Origin: Rhodospirillaceae bacterium
GTDB lineage: Bacteria; Pseudomonadota; Alphaproteobacteria; UBA6615
NCBI GenBank assembly: GCA_018667335.1
Contig: JABIVD010000029.1
Location: forward strand, 91,381-155,380
Reading direction: 5' to 3'
Length of the DNA stretch: 64,000 bases
A model generated the notes under the pieces. The model worked only from the letters and a program-made list of their open reading frames with translations, was not told where the DNA came from and did not search any database. This document shows, piece by piece, positions 33,135 to 42,731 of the stretch. The translations under genes were made by a program, and so were the position numbers. The stretch's first letter is position 1. Every line of letters begins with the position of its first letter.

Positions 33135-34184
33135 TCATCCGGCGGGCGTCCATTCACGAACGATCTCGGCGAGCCGCTCGACATGTTCGAACGGCGTATC
33201 CTTGTTGATGCCGTGGGCCAGGTTGAACACGAACGGGCCCCCACCGAGCGCGTCCAGGATTTCCCGCGCGGCGCGCTCCATCTCATCACCGCCGACCATC
33301 AGATAGGCCGGATCGAGATTGCCCTGCACGGGACAGATCGGCTGAATCCTGCTGGCGGCTTCGCCGGCGGTCATCGATGCATCGAGGCCGACGGCATCGA
33401 TCCCGGTCGCGCGGATATATCCCTCGAGGCGCTCACCGATCCCGCGGGCAAAACCGATGATCGGGATATCGGGCGCGCGCGCCTTCACCCCCGCCACGAT
33501 GCGCGCGGTCGGCGAGATCACCCACGCATCGAAGTCGTTTGCCGGCACGGCACCCGCCCAGGTGTCGAACAGCTGCAGCGCCTGGGCGCCAGCCTCGACC
33601 TGGGCCACGAGATAGGCGGTCGTGGATTCCACCAGGATATCCATCAGCGATGCGAAATCCGCGCGGTCACGAACGGCCCAGCTTTTGACCGCGTTGAAGT
33701 CGCGGCTCGAGCCCCCCTCGACCATGTAGGTCGCGACCGTCCACGGCGCGCCGGCAAACCCGATCAGCGCCACATCATCGGGAAGTTCTTCGCGGACCCG
33801 CGCGACCGTCTCGAACACCGGTGCCAGATGACCGAGGGTTTTCCCGGGATCGAGCTTCGCCAGATCCGCGCCGTTCGTCACCGGGGTGAGGACCGGCCCG
33901 GTCCCCTCGACAAACCCGACCTCCTGGCCAATCGCATCGGGGATCACCAGAATATCCGAGAACAGGATCGCCGCGTCGGGCCGGAACCGATCGATCGGTT
34001 GCAGGGTTACCCTGGCGGCGCGTTCCGGGGTGTAGCAGAGATCCAGAAAACCGGAGGCCTGGGCCCGAATTTCCCGGTATTCCGGGAGATATCGGCCGGC
34101 CTGGCGCATGAACCAGAATGGTGGGCGGCCACCGGTTTTACTGGCCGGATTGCTGGACAGGGCATCGAGGAACAAGTTGGACAC
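33135..34184 (-). CDS. hemE: uroporphyrinogen decarboxylase
   Basis: PPFWFMRQAGRYLPEYREIR N-terminal signature. 349 aa. Confidence 0.92.
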   Translation of the reverse strand: MSNLFLDALSSNPASKTGGRPPFWFMRQAGRYLPEYREIRAQASGFLDLCYTPERAARVTLQPIDRFRPDAAILFSDILVIPDAIGQEVGFVEGTGPVLTPVTNGADLAKLDPGKTLGHLAPVFETVARVREELPDDVALIGFAGAPWTVATYMVEGGSSRDFNAVKSWAVRDRADFASLMDILVESTTAYLVAQVEAGAQALQLFDTWAGAVPANDFDAWVISPTARIVAGVKARAPDIPIIGFARGIGERLEGYIRATGIDAVGLDASMTAGEAASRIQPICPVQGNLDPAYLMVGGDEMERAAREILDALGGGPFVFNLAHGINKDTPFEHVERLAEIVREWTPAG

Positions 34185-34659
34185 GGTTGGAAAACTGACG
34201 TTTGGGTTGGCGGTCTGCGGTCGGAAAGACAGGTTTCTGACGGGGCTGAATGAGGCCTGACTATGCCGATCAGGTTGTCCCTGCGCATCCTAAATAATAG
34301 TAGTTGAACGTAGTGAAATTTGAACTGTAGTTGTAGATGTGCGGTGAATCCGAGGGATAAGTCTTCGTTCACGAATTCGTACAGAACGGCGACCAGCTGT
34401 GCACGAACGAACGGACGCTTTGTTCGTAAATCTCCTAGACCGTTGATCCGCAATATATTCGTGCCGGGCCGGCTTGTGGATCACCTTGGTCCAGCGACTG
34501 GATGGCTGGTTCCGCCAGCGGATGCATACCGGCTGTTGGAAACTTTGTCCTCCGTGGGATGACAGGGGGGTGTACGAACGGCATAAGGTTGATGAAATAT
34601 TTCGCGCAGGGAGAAGTCGCTACTTATCCCCGTTGTCATTGTATTCGCTCCCAGCCCAG
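34185..34659. other. oriC: candidate chromosomal replication origin (oriC; hemE | ori | DUF299 synteny as in Caulobacter Cori)
   Basis: 475-bp non-coding gap. DnaA-box-like TGTGGATCA (34475-34483, reverse complement of the Caulobacter G-box TGATCCACA) and TGATCCGCA (34444-34452). TTATCC cores at 34355-34360 (reverse complement) and 34624-34629. 50-bp AT-rich stretch at 34291-34340. Confidence 0.55.
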
Positions 34660-35523
34660 ATGGTGCCGCTGATGGCCGAAACCGAAGACGTCTTCCACCT
34701 TCACCTGGTCTCGGATTCCACCGGTGAGACGATCCGGTCGGTCTCGCGGGCCTGCCTGGCCCAGTTCTCGGAAACGCAGTCGGTCGAGCATTTCTGGCCG
34801 ATGGCGCGGACACCGAAGGCGATGGAGTTGGTGCTCGAGGAGATCCACGAGAACCCCGGCCCGGTGATCTTCACCCTGGTGAACGACAATTTGTGTGAGC
34901 AGCTTGTTCGGGGCTGCCGGTTGCGCAAGGTGCCGTGTATTTCCGTGCTCGATCCGGTCATTGCCGCGGTCGGCAACTATCTGGGCCAGCAGCCGACCCA
35001 CCGCATCGGCGGGCAGCATGAGCTCGACGAGGCCTATTTCGCGCGGATCGAGGCGATGGACTGGTCGCTCACCCATGATGACGGGCAGCGGACCGAGGAG
35101 CTGAACGGCTCGGATATCGTGCTGGTTGGGGTGTCGCGCACCTCGAAGACGCCGACCTGCCTGTATCTGGCGAACCGGGGGATCAAGGCCGCAAATGTGC
35201 CCTACGTGCCCGGTGTGCCGCTCCCCGATATTCTCGAACAACTGACCAATCCGCTGGTGATCGGGTTGACCAACGATCCAAAGCGCCTGGTTGAGCTGCG
35301 CCGGGCGCGGCTGACGTCGCTGCACGAGCACCAGGAGACCGATTATGTCGACCCCGAGGTCGTGCGCGCGGAAATCACCCAGGCGCGGCGCTATTTTGCC
35401 CGCAACAACTGGCCCGTCATCGACGTGACCCGGCGTTCGATCGAGGAAACGTCCGCCGCGATCATGAATGTCTACAATCGCCGGCTCGAAGAGGCCGAAA
35501 AGAGCGATGATGCCGCCGGCTGA
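34660..35523 (+). CDS. pyruvate,phosphate dikinase regulatory protein-like kinase/pyrophosphorylase (DUF299; RP001 homologue)
   Basis: MVPLMAETEDVFHLHLVSDSTGET. P-loop GVSRTSKTPTCLYLA. ORF track begins at 34474; ATG at 34660 (alternative 34672). Confidence 0.85.
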   Translation: MVPLMAETEDVFHLHLVSDSTGETIRSVSRACLAQFSETQSVEHFWPMARTPKAMELVLEEIHENPGPVIFTLVNDNLCEQLVRGCRLRKVPCISVLDPVIAAVGNYLGQQPTHRIGGQHELDEAYFARIEAMDWSLTHDDGQRTEELNGSDIVLVGVSRTSKTPTCLYLANRGIKAANVPYVPGVPLPDILEQLTNPLVIGLTNDPKRLVELRRARLTSLHEHQETDYVDPEVVRAEITQARRYFARNNWPVIDVTRRSIEETSAAIMNVYNRRLEEAEKSDDAAG

Positions 35524-36160
35524 CGGGATTGCCTCGCTGGTGATATCCGGCGGACCGGCGATCGTGCTGGCCTCCGCAAGTGCGGTTCGGACCCGGCTTT
35601 TATCTGCGGCGGGCGTACCCCACGAAATCATCCCGGCCCACATCGATGAGGCCGAGGTGCGCGACAGGCTTCTGGCGCAAGACACATCGCATGGTGTGAT
35701 CGCCGAGGTTCTCGCCGAGCTCAAGGCGCAGCATGTGGCGACAGATATGCTGGCGGGGCGCCCGGACACGATCATCCTCGGCGCCGACCAGATTCTGTCC
35801 TGCGAGGGTGATCTGTTCGAGAAACCGGCCGGCCTCGATGGCGTACGCGAACATTTGAAACGCCTGAGTGGTAAGGCCCATACGCTTCACGCAGCGGTTT
35901 GTGCCGTGCGCGGCGGGCAGGTGATCTGGCACTACAGTTCCGCGGCCAAGTTGCGTATGCGTACGCTTACGGATGGCTTTATAGAACGCTATGTGGACTG
36001 TGTCGGCGAGGCCGCCTGTGAGTCTGTCGGCGCCTACCTGCTGGAGGGCCTGGGCGCGCATCTGTTTTCGGAGATCGACGGGGATTTCTTCGGTATCCTC
36101 GGTTTGCCCCTGCTGCCGGTGCTGGAATTCCTGCGAAACGAAGATGTGGTGATGACATGA
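35507..36160 (+). CDS. maf: Maf-like nucleoside triphosphate pyrophosphatase
   Basis: IVLASASAVRTRLLSAAGV Maf N-terminal motif. Start overlaps the DUF299 gene stop. Confidence 0.8.
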   Translation: MMPPADGIASLVISGGPAIVLASASAVRTRLLSAAGVPHEIIPAHIDEAEVRDRLLAQDTSHGVIAEVLAELKAQHVATDMLAGRPDTIILGADQILSCEGDLFEKPAGLDGVREHLKRLSGKAHTLHAAVCAVRGGQVIWHYSSAAKLRMRTLTDGFIERYVDCVGEAACESVGAYLLEGLGAHLFSEIDGDFFGILGLPLLPVLEFLRNEDVVMT

Positions 36161-37032
36161 CGGGGAAACTGAAGGCCGGGGTCATGGGCTGGCCCGTCGC
36201 GCATTCATTGTCGCCGGCGCTGCACGGGCATTGGCTGGCGCGCTATGGCATCGCGGGCCGTTACGACGCGATTCCGGTCCGGCCCGAGGATTTGCAGGCG
36301 GCGCTCGCGGGTTTGCATGAACAGGGATTCCGGGGTGTGAACCTGACTGTGCCCCACAAGGAGGCCGCGCTGGGTTTCGTGGACGCGATCGACGACACGG
36401 CACGCCGGATCGGCGCCGTGAATACCATTATCCTGGGCGATGACGGGTCACTTTCGGCGACCAACACCGACGCCTACGGATTGATCGAGAATATTCGGGC
36501 CCTTGCGGCGGCGGCGCTGGCCTCGCGGTTCAACGACCGGCCGGCGGTTATTCTCGGTGCCGGTGGTGCCGCACGGGCCGCGGTGGTGGGGCTGGCGGAC
36601 GCGGGTGTCGCGGACATACGCATCGTCAACCGGACGGTCGCCCGTGCCGAGGCGCTCGCCGCCCTGGCGGACGGGTCCGGCGCTTCGGTGAGCGCGCAGG
36701 GTTGGGGTGCAGCGGCCGAGGTGCTGGCGGACGCGGGACTTTTGATCAACACCAGCACGCTCGGGATGGCGGGTCAGCCACCGCTGGAACTCGATCTTGC
36801 ACGCCTGCCGTCCGATGCGGTGGTCAACGATATCGTCTACGCGCCGCTGGAGACCGATCTGCTGGCGGCAGCGCGGGCCCGGGGCAACATCGTCGTCGAT
36901 GGGCTGGGGATGCTGTTGCACCAGGCGCGGGCGGGGTTTCGGGCCTGGTTCGGGGTCGACCCCGCGGTCGATGAGGAATTACGGACCGCCGTGCTGGCCG
37001 CGCGTGACGGCCGGGCAGGGTTGAAAACATGA
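36157..37032 (+). CDS. aroE: shikimate dehydrogenase
   Basis: GWPVAHSLSPALHG. NLTVPHKEAA. GAGGAARA Rossmann motif. Confidence 0.88.
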   Translation: MTGKLKAGVMGWPVAHSLSPALHGHWLARYGIAGRYDAIPVRPEDLQAALAGLHEQGFRGVNLTVPHKEAALGFVDAIDDTARRIGAVNTIILGDDGSLSATNTDAYGLIENIRALAAAALASRFNDRPAVILGAGGAARAAVVGLADAGVADIRIVNRTVARAEALAALADGSGASVSAQGWGAAAEVLADAGLLINTSTLGMAGQPPLELDLARLPSDAVVNDIVYAPLETDLLAAARARGNIVVDGLGMLLHQARAGFRAWFGVDPAVDEELRTAVLAARDGRAGLKT

Positions 37033-37646
37033 TGGTGCTCGGCCTCACCGGCTCGATCGGCATGGGCAAGTCCACTGCCGCGAACATGCTGCGTGCGATG
37101 GGTGTGCCGGTCCATGATTCCGACGCCACGGTGCACGGCCTGTTCGCCTTCGACCGGGATCTGCGCGAGGCCATATCGGCGCGCTTCCCGGGGGTCGTTA
37201 CGGACGACGGTGTGGATCGCCAGGCGCTGGGTGCGGCCGTCTTCGGCGACGATGCGGCGCGGCGCGATCTCGAGACGCTGGTCCATCCGCGCGTGCGTGC
37301 CGCCGCCGGCGCCTTTGTCCGGCACCACCGCCGGCAGCGCGCGGCGCTGGTCGTGCTCGATATCCCGCTCCTGTATGAGACCGGCGGCGAAGACCGGGTC
37401 GACGGGGTGATCGTGGTCTCGGCCCCGGCCGCCCTGCAGCGCCGGCGCGTGATGGCCCGGCCCGGCATGGACGCCGAACGGTTCGCCGGGATTCTCGCCT
37501 CTCAGATGCCGGACGGCGAGAAGCGGCGGCGCGCCGACTTTGTCGTGGAGACCGGCCTGGGCAAGGCCTATACTTTCCGCCGATTGAAACGGATCGTCAT
37601 GGCGGTCCGAACCGCCGCGCAGTCTGGCCCGCCCGGCACCAACTAG
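37029..37646 (+). CDS. coaE: dephospho-CoA kinase
   Basis: P-loop LGLTGSIGMGKST. HPRV motif. Confidence 0.88.
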   Translation: MMVLGLTGSIGMGKSTAANMLRAMGVPVHDSDATVHGLFAFDRDLREAISARFPGVVTDDGVDRQALGAAVFGDDAARRDLETLVHPRVRAAAGAFVRHHRRQRAALVVLDIPLLYETGGEDRVDGVIVVSAPAALQRRRVMARPGMDAERFAGILASQMPDGEKRRRADFVVETGLGKAYTFRRLKRIVMAVRTAAQSGPPGTN

Positions 37647-37652
37647 ACCAGG

Positions 37653-38357
37653 ATGGGCTCACACGTGCGCGAAATCATTCTCGATACCGAAACCACCGGC
37701 CTTGATCCCGCGAGCGGCGACCGCATCGTGGAGATCGGCTGCGTCGTGGCGCAGCACCATATCCCGACCGGCGAGACCTATCATGTCTACGTCAATCCGG
37801 AACGCGACATGCCGATCGAGGCGTTCAACGTCCATGGGCTGAGCGAGGAATTCCTGTCGGACAAGCCTGTCTTCGCGGAGGTCGTCGCTGCGTTTCTCGA
37901 ATTCATCGGCGATTCACAGCTGGTCATCCACAACGCCAGCTTCGACATGAAGTTCCTCAACGCCGAGCTCAAGCGGCTCGGCTTCCCGGTGCTCCCCATG
38001 GAGCGGTCGACCGATACCGTGGCACTGGCGCGGCGCACCTTCCCTGGCGCGCAGGCCAGCCTGGATGCGTTGTGCCGGCGGTTCGAGATCGACCTGTCCC
38101 GGCGCGAGAAGCATGGCGCGCTGCTCGATGCGGAGCTGTTGGCGGAGGTGTATCTGCAGCTGCGCGGCGGGCGCCAGCCCGATCTGGCGCTGGCCGGTAA
38201 CGAGACGAAATCCAGCGCAGGTCCGGCGATTGTCCAGCGCCAGGCCCGGCCCGCGCGACCGCACGCGCCGTCAGCCGATGAGCTGGCGGCCCACGCGACG
38301 CTGGTCGAGAGCCTGAACGGGTCGCTGTGGAACGCCCCCGATGATCAAGGGGGATGA
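37653..38357 (+). CDS. dnaQ: DNA polymerase III epsilon subunit (3'-5' exonuclease)
   Basis: Exo [14 protein letters not shown]. Exo II HNASFD. Exo III motif region. Confidence 0.9.
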   Translation: MGSHVREIILDTETTGLDPASGDRIVEIGCVVAQHHIPTGETYHVYVNPERDMPIEAFNVHGLSEEFLSDKPVFAEVVAAFLEFIGDSQLVIHNASFDMKFLNAELKRLGFPVLPMERSTDTVALARRTFPGAQASLDALCRRFEIDLSRREKHGALLDAELLAEVYLQLRGGRQPDLALAGNETKSSAGPAIVQRQARPARPHAPSADELAAHATLVESLNGSLWNAPDDQGG

Positions 38358-38386
38358 TCAGGGGTGATGACTGGGGGTTTGGACGC

Positions 38387-39004
38387 CTAGAGTTCGAACT
38401 CGAACTTCTGCTTGTCGTCACCATTGCCACCGGCGTCGCCGCTGCCATTGCTGTCGCCATTGGCTTCGCCGTCGCCATTGGCTTCGCCGTCGGCTGCCGG
38501 CGCTTCACCGTCACCGGCTTCGGACTGAACCTGGGCGACCCGCTGCTGGTACATCGACATGAAATCGATCGGCTGCACGAGGAGCGGCGGGAAGCCGCCG
38601 TCGCGCACCGCATCGGCGACGATGGCGCGGGCGAACGGAAAGAGCTGGCGCGGCGCCTCGATATACAGCATCGGCGGGACATACTCGTCGGGGACCTCAC
38701 CGAGGGTGAAGATGCCTGCATAGACGATCTCGACGATGAACAGCGCGTCCGTGCCGGATGTGCCTTCGGCCCGCAGAGTCAGGGACACCTCGAACGATTT
38801 GTCCGCGATCTGGTCGGCGTTGACGTCGATGGCGATCTGTACGTTCGGCTCACCGCCCTGCTGGTTCAGGGACTGGGGCGCGTTCGGGTTCTCGAACGAG
38901 AGATCCTTCACATACTGGGCGTTCACAATCATCATCGGCGCGCCGCCGGCGTCCGTACCGTCGAGGCTCAGCGGCTTTTCCGGTGCTGCGTTTTCGTCGC
39001 TCAT
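38387..39004 (-). CDS. secB: protein-export chaperone SecB (acidic C-terminal tail)
   Basis: MSDENAAPEK...IVNAQYVKDLSFENP...FPFARAIVADAVRDGGFPPLLVQPIDF. ATG at 39002-39004; ORF track extends to 39112. Confidence 0.88.
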   Translation of the reverse strand: MSDENAAPEKPLSLDGTDAGGAPMMIVNAQYVKDLSFENPNAPQSLNQQGGEPNVQIAIDVNADQIADKSFEVSLTLRAEGTSGTDALFIVEIVYAGIFTLGEVPDEYVPPMLYIEAPRQLFPFARAIVADAVRDGGFPPLLVQPIDFMSMYQQRVAQVQSEAGDGEAPAADGEANGDGEANGDSNGSGDAGGNGDDKQKFEFEL

Positions 39005-39130
39005 GGCGTTTCCATATCGTTCTGAAGTGCGCGCAACAGCGCGGGGGTTGAAATTCGCGCATTGGCTAACACGGACAAGCGCTGCGGGACAACCGCGTCC
39101 GCGGAGAATCAACCCGGTCCGGCCCTGATT

Positions 39131-39166
39131 TCGGGGGTGGTTCCGGGGGTGGGCCCGGGGGTGGGC
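39131..39166. repeat. G-rich tandem repeat (ccgggggtgg x3) just downstream of fxsA
   Basis: Seen directly in the sequence. C-rich on the fxsA-secB transcript. Confidence 0.4.
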
Positions 39167-39715
39167 CTAGCGACCGCTGCCGATGCGTGGCGGCGGGTCG
39201 GACGGGTTGCGGTCGCCGTCATTGTGTTCGTCGTCCTTGCGTACGCCGAACTCCTCGCCGTCGATGACCGGCCCGCCGGGACCGGGTCCTGGCTGTGAAC
39301 CCGACCCCCGATCGAAACCGGCGCCCGTCGCGCCGTGCACGGAAAAATGAACGTTGCGTGAGCGGGCCAGCGCCGCCCAGACCCCGCGGCCGAGAACAAA
39401 ACGAAGAGGCGGGATCAACAGCGCGAAGCCGAGCGCGTCGGTCAGAAACCCCGGCGTGAGGAGGAGGAGCCCGCCGACCAGGAGGCAGACACCATCGAAC
39501 AGCTCGCGCACGGGGAGCTTCTGCTGGTCGAGCTCGGCCTGCGCGCGGGCGAGGGTCGCCATCCCTTGCTGACGCAGGAGCGCGGTCCCGATGAACGCCG
39601 TCAGAACGACGAGGCCGATCGTCGGCCAGACGCCGATCGAACCGCCGACCTGGATGAACAGGTAGATCTCGATCAACGGAATGCCGATGAACAGGAAGAG
39701 AATCAGGATGGGCAT
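39167..39715 (-). CDS. fxsA: FxsA-family inner-membrane protein
   Basis: MPILILFLFIGIPLIEIYLFIQVGGSIGVWPTIGLVVLTAFIGTALLRQQG is the conserved FxsA N-terminus. Confidence 0.75.
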   Translation of the reverse strand: MPILILFLFIGIPLIEIYLFIQVGGSIGVWPTIGLVVLTAFIGTALLRQQGMATLARAQAELDQQKLPVRELFDGVCLLVGGLLLLTPGFLTDALGFALLIPPLRFVLGRGVWAALARSRNVHFSVHGATGAGFDRGSGSQPGPGPGGPVIDGEEFGVRKDDEHNDGDRNPSDPPPRIGSGR

Positions 39716-39930
39716 TCTTGTTCTTTCATCGTGTTACCCCTATCTAGGAGATACCAGACAACGCACCGCCGGGGGACCGGCCTTGCAACCGCCGCTGGTA
39801 TCAGGCGGGACAAGAACGTAATGTTGGTACGGTTTAGACGGCGAGCAACCCGCTTCTGATCGCATTCGCAATGTTTCGCGATCTTCCAGGGGCGGCCCAT
39901 CAATAGAACCGACTGCGGAACGGACGGCGC

Positions 39931-40629
39931 GTGGCATTCTTAGACATTATCCTTCTGGCAATGGTAGCGGCCTTCCTGGTGTTTCGCCTGCGCAGCGTAT
40001 TGGGCAAGCGGACAGGCAACGAACGCCCACCCACCGATCCCTATGCTGGCCGCGACGGCACGGGCCAGCCCGAGGCGCCCGAAGGGCGTGACGACGGGAC
40101 GGTCGTCAGCCTTCCCGACCGCAGCGGCCAAAACGATGCGCAAAGCGACACCCCCAGCGACATTCCAGATGGCGCGCCGGCCACCGACGGTCTGAAGGCG
40201 ATTCAGGCCGCAGATTCGGCCTTTTCCGTGAGTGAATTCGTCGAGGGCGTTCGCATGGCCTTCGAGATGGTCGTCACGTCCTTCGCCAATGGCGATCGCG
40301 AGACCCTGCGGCCGCTGCTCAGCGACGAGGTCTACGAGAATTTCGCCGGCGCCATCGTCGATCGCGAATCGCGCAGCGAGACGATGGAAATGACCCTCGT
40401 CGGCATTCGTGAGGCCGAAGTGCTCGAGGCCACCATGGACGGTCGCGTGGCGTTCGTAACCGCGAAGATCGTCTCGGAACAGATCGAAGTGGTGCGCGAT
40501 GCGGCGGGTGAGCCGGTGTCGGGCGACCCCACAAAGGTCTCGACGGTGACCGACATCTGGACCTTTGCGCGCAACACCCGTTCGCGCAATCCGAACTGGA
40601 CGCTCGTCGCAACCGAAGCGCCGAACTGA
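39931..40629 (+). CDS. Tim44-like domain membrane protein
   Basis: N-terminal TM MAFLDIILLAMVAAFLVF. C-terminal Tim44-like domain (FSVSEFVEGVRMAFEMVVTSFANGD...WTFARN). Conserved secB neighbourhood in alphaproteobacteria. Confidence 0.75.
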   Translation: MAFLDIILLAMVAAFLVFRLRSVLGKRTGNERPPTDPYAGRDGTGQPEAPEGRDDGTVVSLPDRSGQNDAQSDTPSDIPDGAPATDGLKAIQAADSAFSVSEFVEGVRMAFEMVVTSFANGDRETLRPLLSDEVYENFAGAIVDRESRSETMEMTLVGIREAEVLEATMDGRVAFVTAKIVSEQIEVVRDAAGEPVSGDPTKVSTVTDIWTFARNTRSRNPNWTLVATEAPN

Positions 40630-40640
40630 GCCTGACGCCG

Positions 40641-41849
40641 GTGTTTGCCGCGCGAAATGTCTCGAAGACCCGATTTTCCATCAAGCCCGTCGTGCTGCTC
40701 GCCGGCATGATCGCGCTCGCGGCCTGCGAGACCGGGAAGACCCCGGCGCCGGATACGGCCACCACCTACACGCCCGTAGCCTTCGACACGTTGCCCGGAT
40801 GGGATGCGGACGCGCTGGCTGAAGCGCTTCCGGCCTGGCGGCAGTCCTGCTCGCGCATGGCGTCCCAGCCTGACGGCAAGAATATCGGCCCTGGCTCGGG
40901 CAATGTGGCGGGGACAGTTGCGGACTGGCGGCCGGTATGTGCCGGGCTGGCAGATCTTGCTGCGGGTGATTCCGCCGCCTTGCGCGGTTTCATCGAGGCC
41001 AATCTGGTTCCGCTCCGGGTTCAGGGCAAGACCGATGACCCGGGCCTGTTTACCGGATATTTCGAGCCGATCATCGAGGCGTCGCGCGAGCGCACGCCGA
41101 TCTATCACGAGCCGATCTATGCGCTGCCGCGCGACCATGTGTCGGTCCGGCTCGAGGCGTTCGATCCGGCCCTCAAGGGCCGCAGCGTCGTCGGCCGGGT
41201 CGAGGGCGGCCGGCTGGTCCCCTATCGCCAGCGCGGCGAGATCGAGGCGGGGGCGATCAACCAGACCGCCGATGTTCTGTTCTGGGCACGCGACATCCTC
41301 GATGTGTTCATCCTGCAGGTGCAGGGCTCGGGGATCGCCGCATTGCCCGACGGCACGCGCACCCGGATCGGCTTTGCCGGGCACAATGGCCACAATTACG
41401 GGTCCGTCGGGCGCTGGTTGATCGAGCGCGGCGAGCTGAGCGCCGGGCGCGCGGGATGGGAAGACATCCGCGCCTGGCTCGAGGCGAACCCGAAGATCAT
41501 GCGCGACACCCTGGCGGTGAACCGGCGATTTATTTTCTTCCGCGAGATCGATGGCGATGGGCCGACGGGCGCTGCGGGTGTGACCCTGACCGCCGAACGG
41601 TCCATGGCGGTCGACCCGAAGCATGTCCCGCTGAACGTGCCGGTCTGGCTGGATGCGGAGCATCCGGACGGGGAACAGCGCCTGCAACGCCTCATGCTGG
41701 CGCAGGATACGGGCAACGCCATACGGGGCGCGGTGCGCGGTGATTTCTACTGGGGGACCGGCCGCAACGCGCTCGACAAGGCCGGCCGCATGAAGAGCCG
41801 GGGCGCCTATTATATCCTCGTGCCGCGCGCGCTGGTGCCGTTAAGCTAG
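40641..41849 (+). CDS. mltA: membrane-bound lytic murein transglycosylase A
   Basis: Lipoprotein-like signal peptide LAGMIALAAC. MltA-domain motifs (LPGWDADALAEALPAWRQSC, FTGYFEP). C-terminal 3D domain. Confidence 0.8.
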   Translation: MFAARNVSKTRFSIKPVVLLAGMIALAACETGKTPAPDTATTYTPVAFDTLPGWDADALAEALPAWRQSCSRMASQPDGKNIGPGSGNVAGTVADWRPVCAGLADLAAGDSAALRGFIEANLVPLRVQGKTDDPGLFTGYFEPIIEASRERTPIYHEPIYALPRDHVSVRLEAFDPALKGRSVVGRVEGGRLVPYRQRGEIEAGAINQTADVLFWARDILDVFILQVQGSGIAALPDGTRTRIGFAGHNGHNYGSVGRWLIERGELSAGRAGWEDIRAWLEANPKIMRDTLAVNRRFIFFREIDGDGPTGAAGVTLTAERSMAVDPKHVPLNVPVWLDAEHPDGEQRLQRLMLAQDTGNAIRGAVRGDFYWGTGRNALDKAGRMKSRGAYYILVPRALVPLS

Positions 41850-41952
41850 TGGCGAGCCAGTGCCGGGCTGAGCGGGCTCTAGATCACCCTCCCCGGCCAT
41901 CTTGGACGGCGCGCGGAATGTGCTAAACAGGATGGAAATCAAGGAGAATGCG

Positions 41953-42726
41953 ATGAGCGACGGCCCGCGCGTGGCGCTGTTCGTAACCTGCCTGGTGGAC
42001 CTGTTCCGGCCGAGCGTTGGTTTTGCGGCGGTGAAGTTGATGCAGGACGCCGGATGTACCGTCGAGGTGCCCGAGGCGCAGACCTGTTGCGGACAGCCTG
42101 CCTACAATTCCGGCGACCAGGGCGACACGATCGCGATCGCCCGCCAGGTGATCGCCGCCTTCGAGGGCTTCGACTATGTGGTCGCCCCGTCGGGTTCGTG
42201 CGCCGGCATGATCTCCAAACATTATCCCGAGCTGCTGGCCGACGACCCGGACTGGGCGGCCCGCGCCACCGCGCTCGGCGAACGCACCCATGAGCTGATC
42301 TCATTCCTGACCGACGTGCTCGAGATCAAGGCCGTCGACGCGGCGTTCGCGGGCACCGTCACCTATCACGACAGCTGCTCGGGGCTGCGCGAGCTGGGCA
42401 TCCATGCACAGCCGCGTGCGTTGCTGGACGGCGTCGAGGGTCTGCATTTGCGTGAGCTCGAGGATTCCAATGTGTGCTGCGGCTTCGGCGGCACCTTCTG
42501 TGTGAAGTATCCGGATATCTCCAACAACATGGTCTCCAACAAGATGGACAAGATCGTCGCCACGGGTGCCGAGACCCTGCTGGCCGGCGACATGGGCTGC
42601 CTGATGAACATGGCAGGCAAGCTGCAGCGCGACGGCGCGAATGTGCGCGTGCGCCACGTCGCCGAGGTATTGGCCGGGATGGGCGATGAGCCGGCCATCG
42701 GTGAGCCACAAAAGGGCGAGGGCTGA
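41953..42726 (+). CDS. lutA: lactate utilization protein A (Fe-S oxidoreductase, CCG domains)
   Basis: RVALFVTCLVDLFRP and CCGQPAYNSGD CCG-domain motifs. AAGGAG SD 7 nt upstream of ATG 41953. Confidence 0.8.
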   Translation: MSDGPRVALFVTCLVDLFRPSVGFAAVKLMQDAGCTVEVPEAQTCCGQPAYNSGDQGDTIAIARQVIAAFEGFDYVVAPSGSCAGMISKHYPELLADDPDWAARATALGERTHELISFLTDVLEIKAVDAAFAGTVTYHDSCSGLRELGIHAQPRALLDGVEGLHLRELEDSNVCCGFGGTFCVKYPDISNNMVSNKMDKIVATGAETLLAGDMGCLMNMAGKLQRDGANVRVRHVAEVLAGMGDEPAIGEPQKGEG

Positions 42727-42731
42727 GCCTC

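Noticed and set aside
34185-34659. CtrA-type TTAA-N7-TTAA boxes in the putative origin
   Set aside because: No convincing match was seen. The origin call rests on synteny, DnaA-box-like motifs and the AT-rich stretch only.
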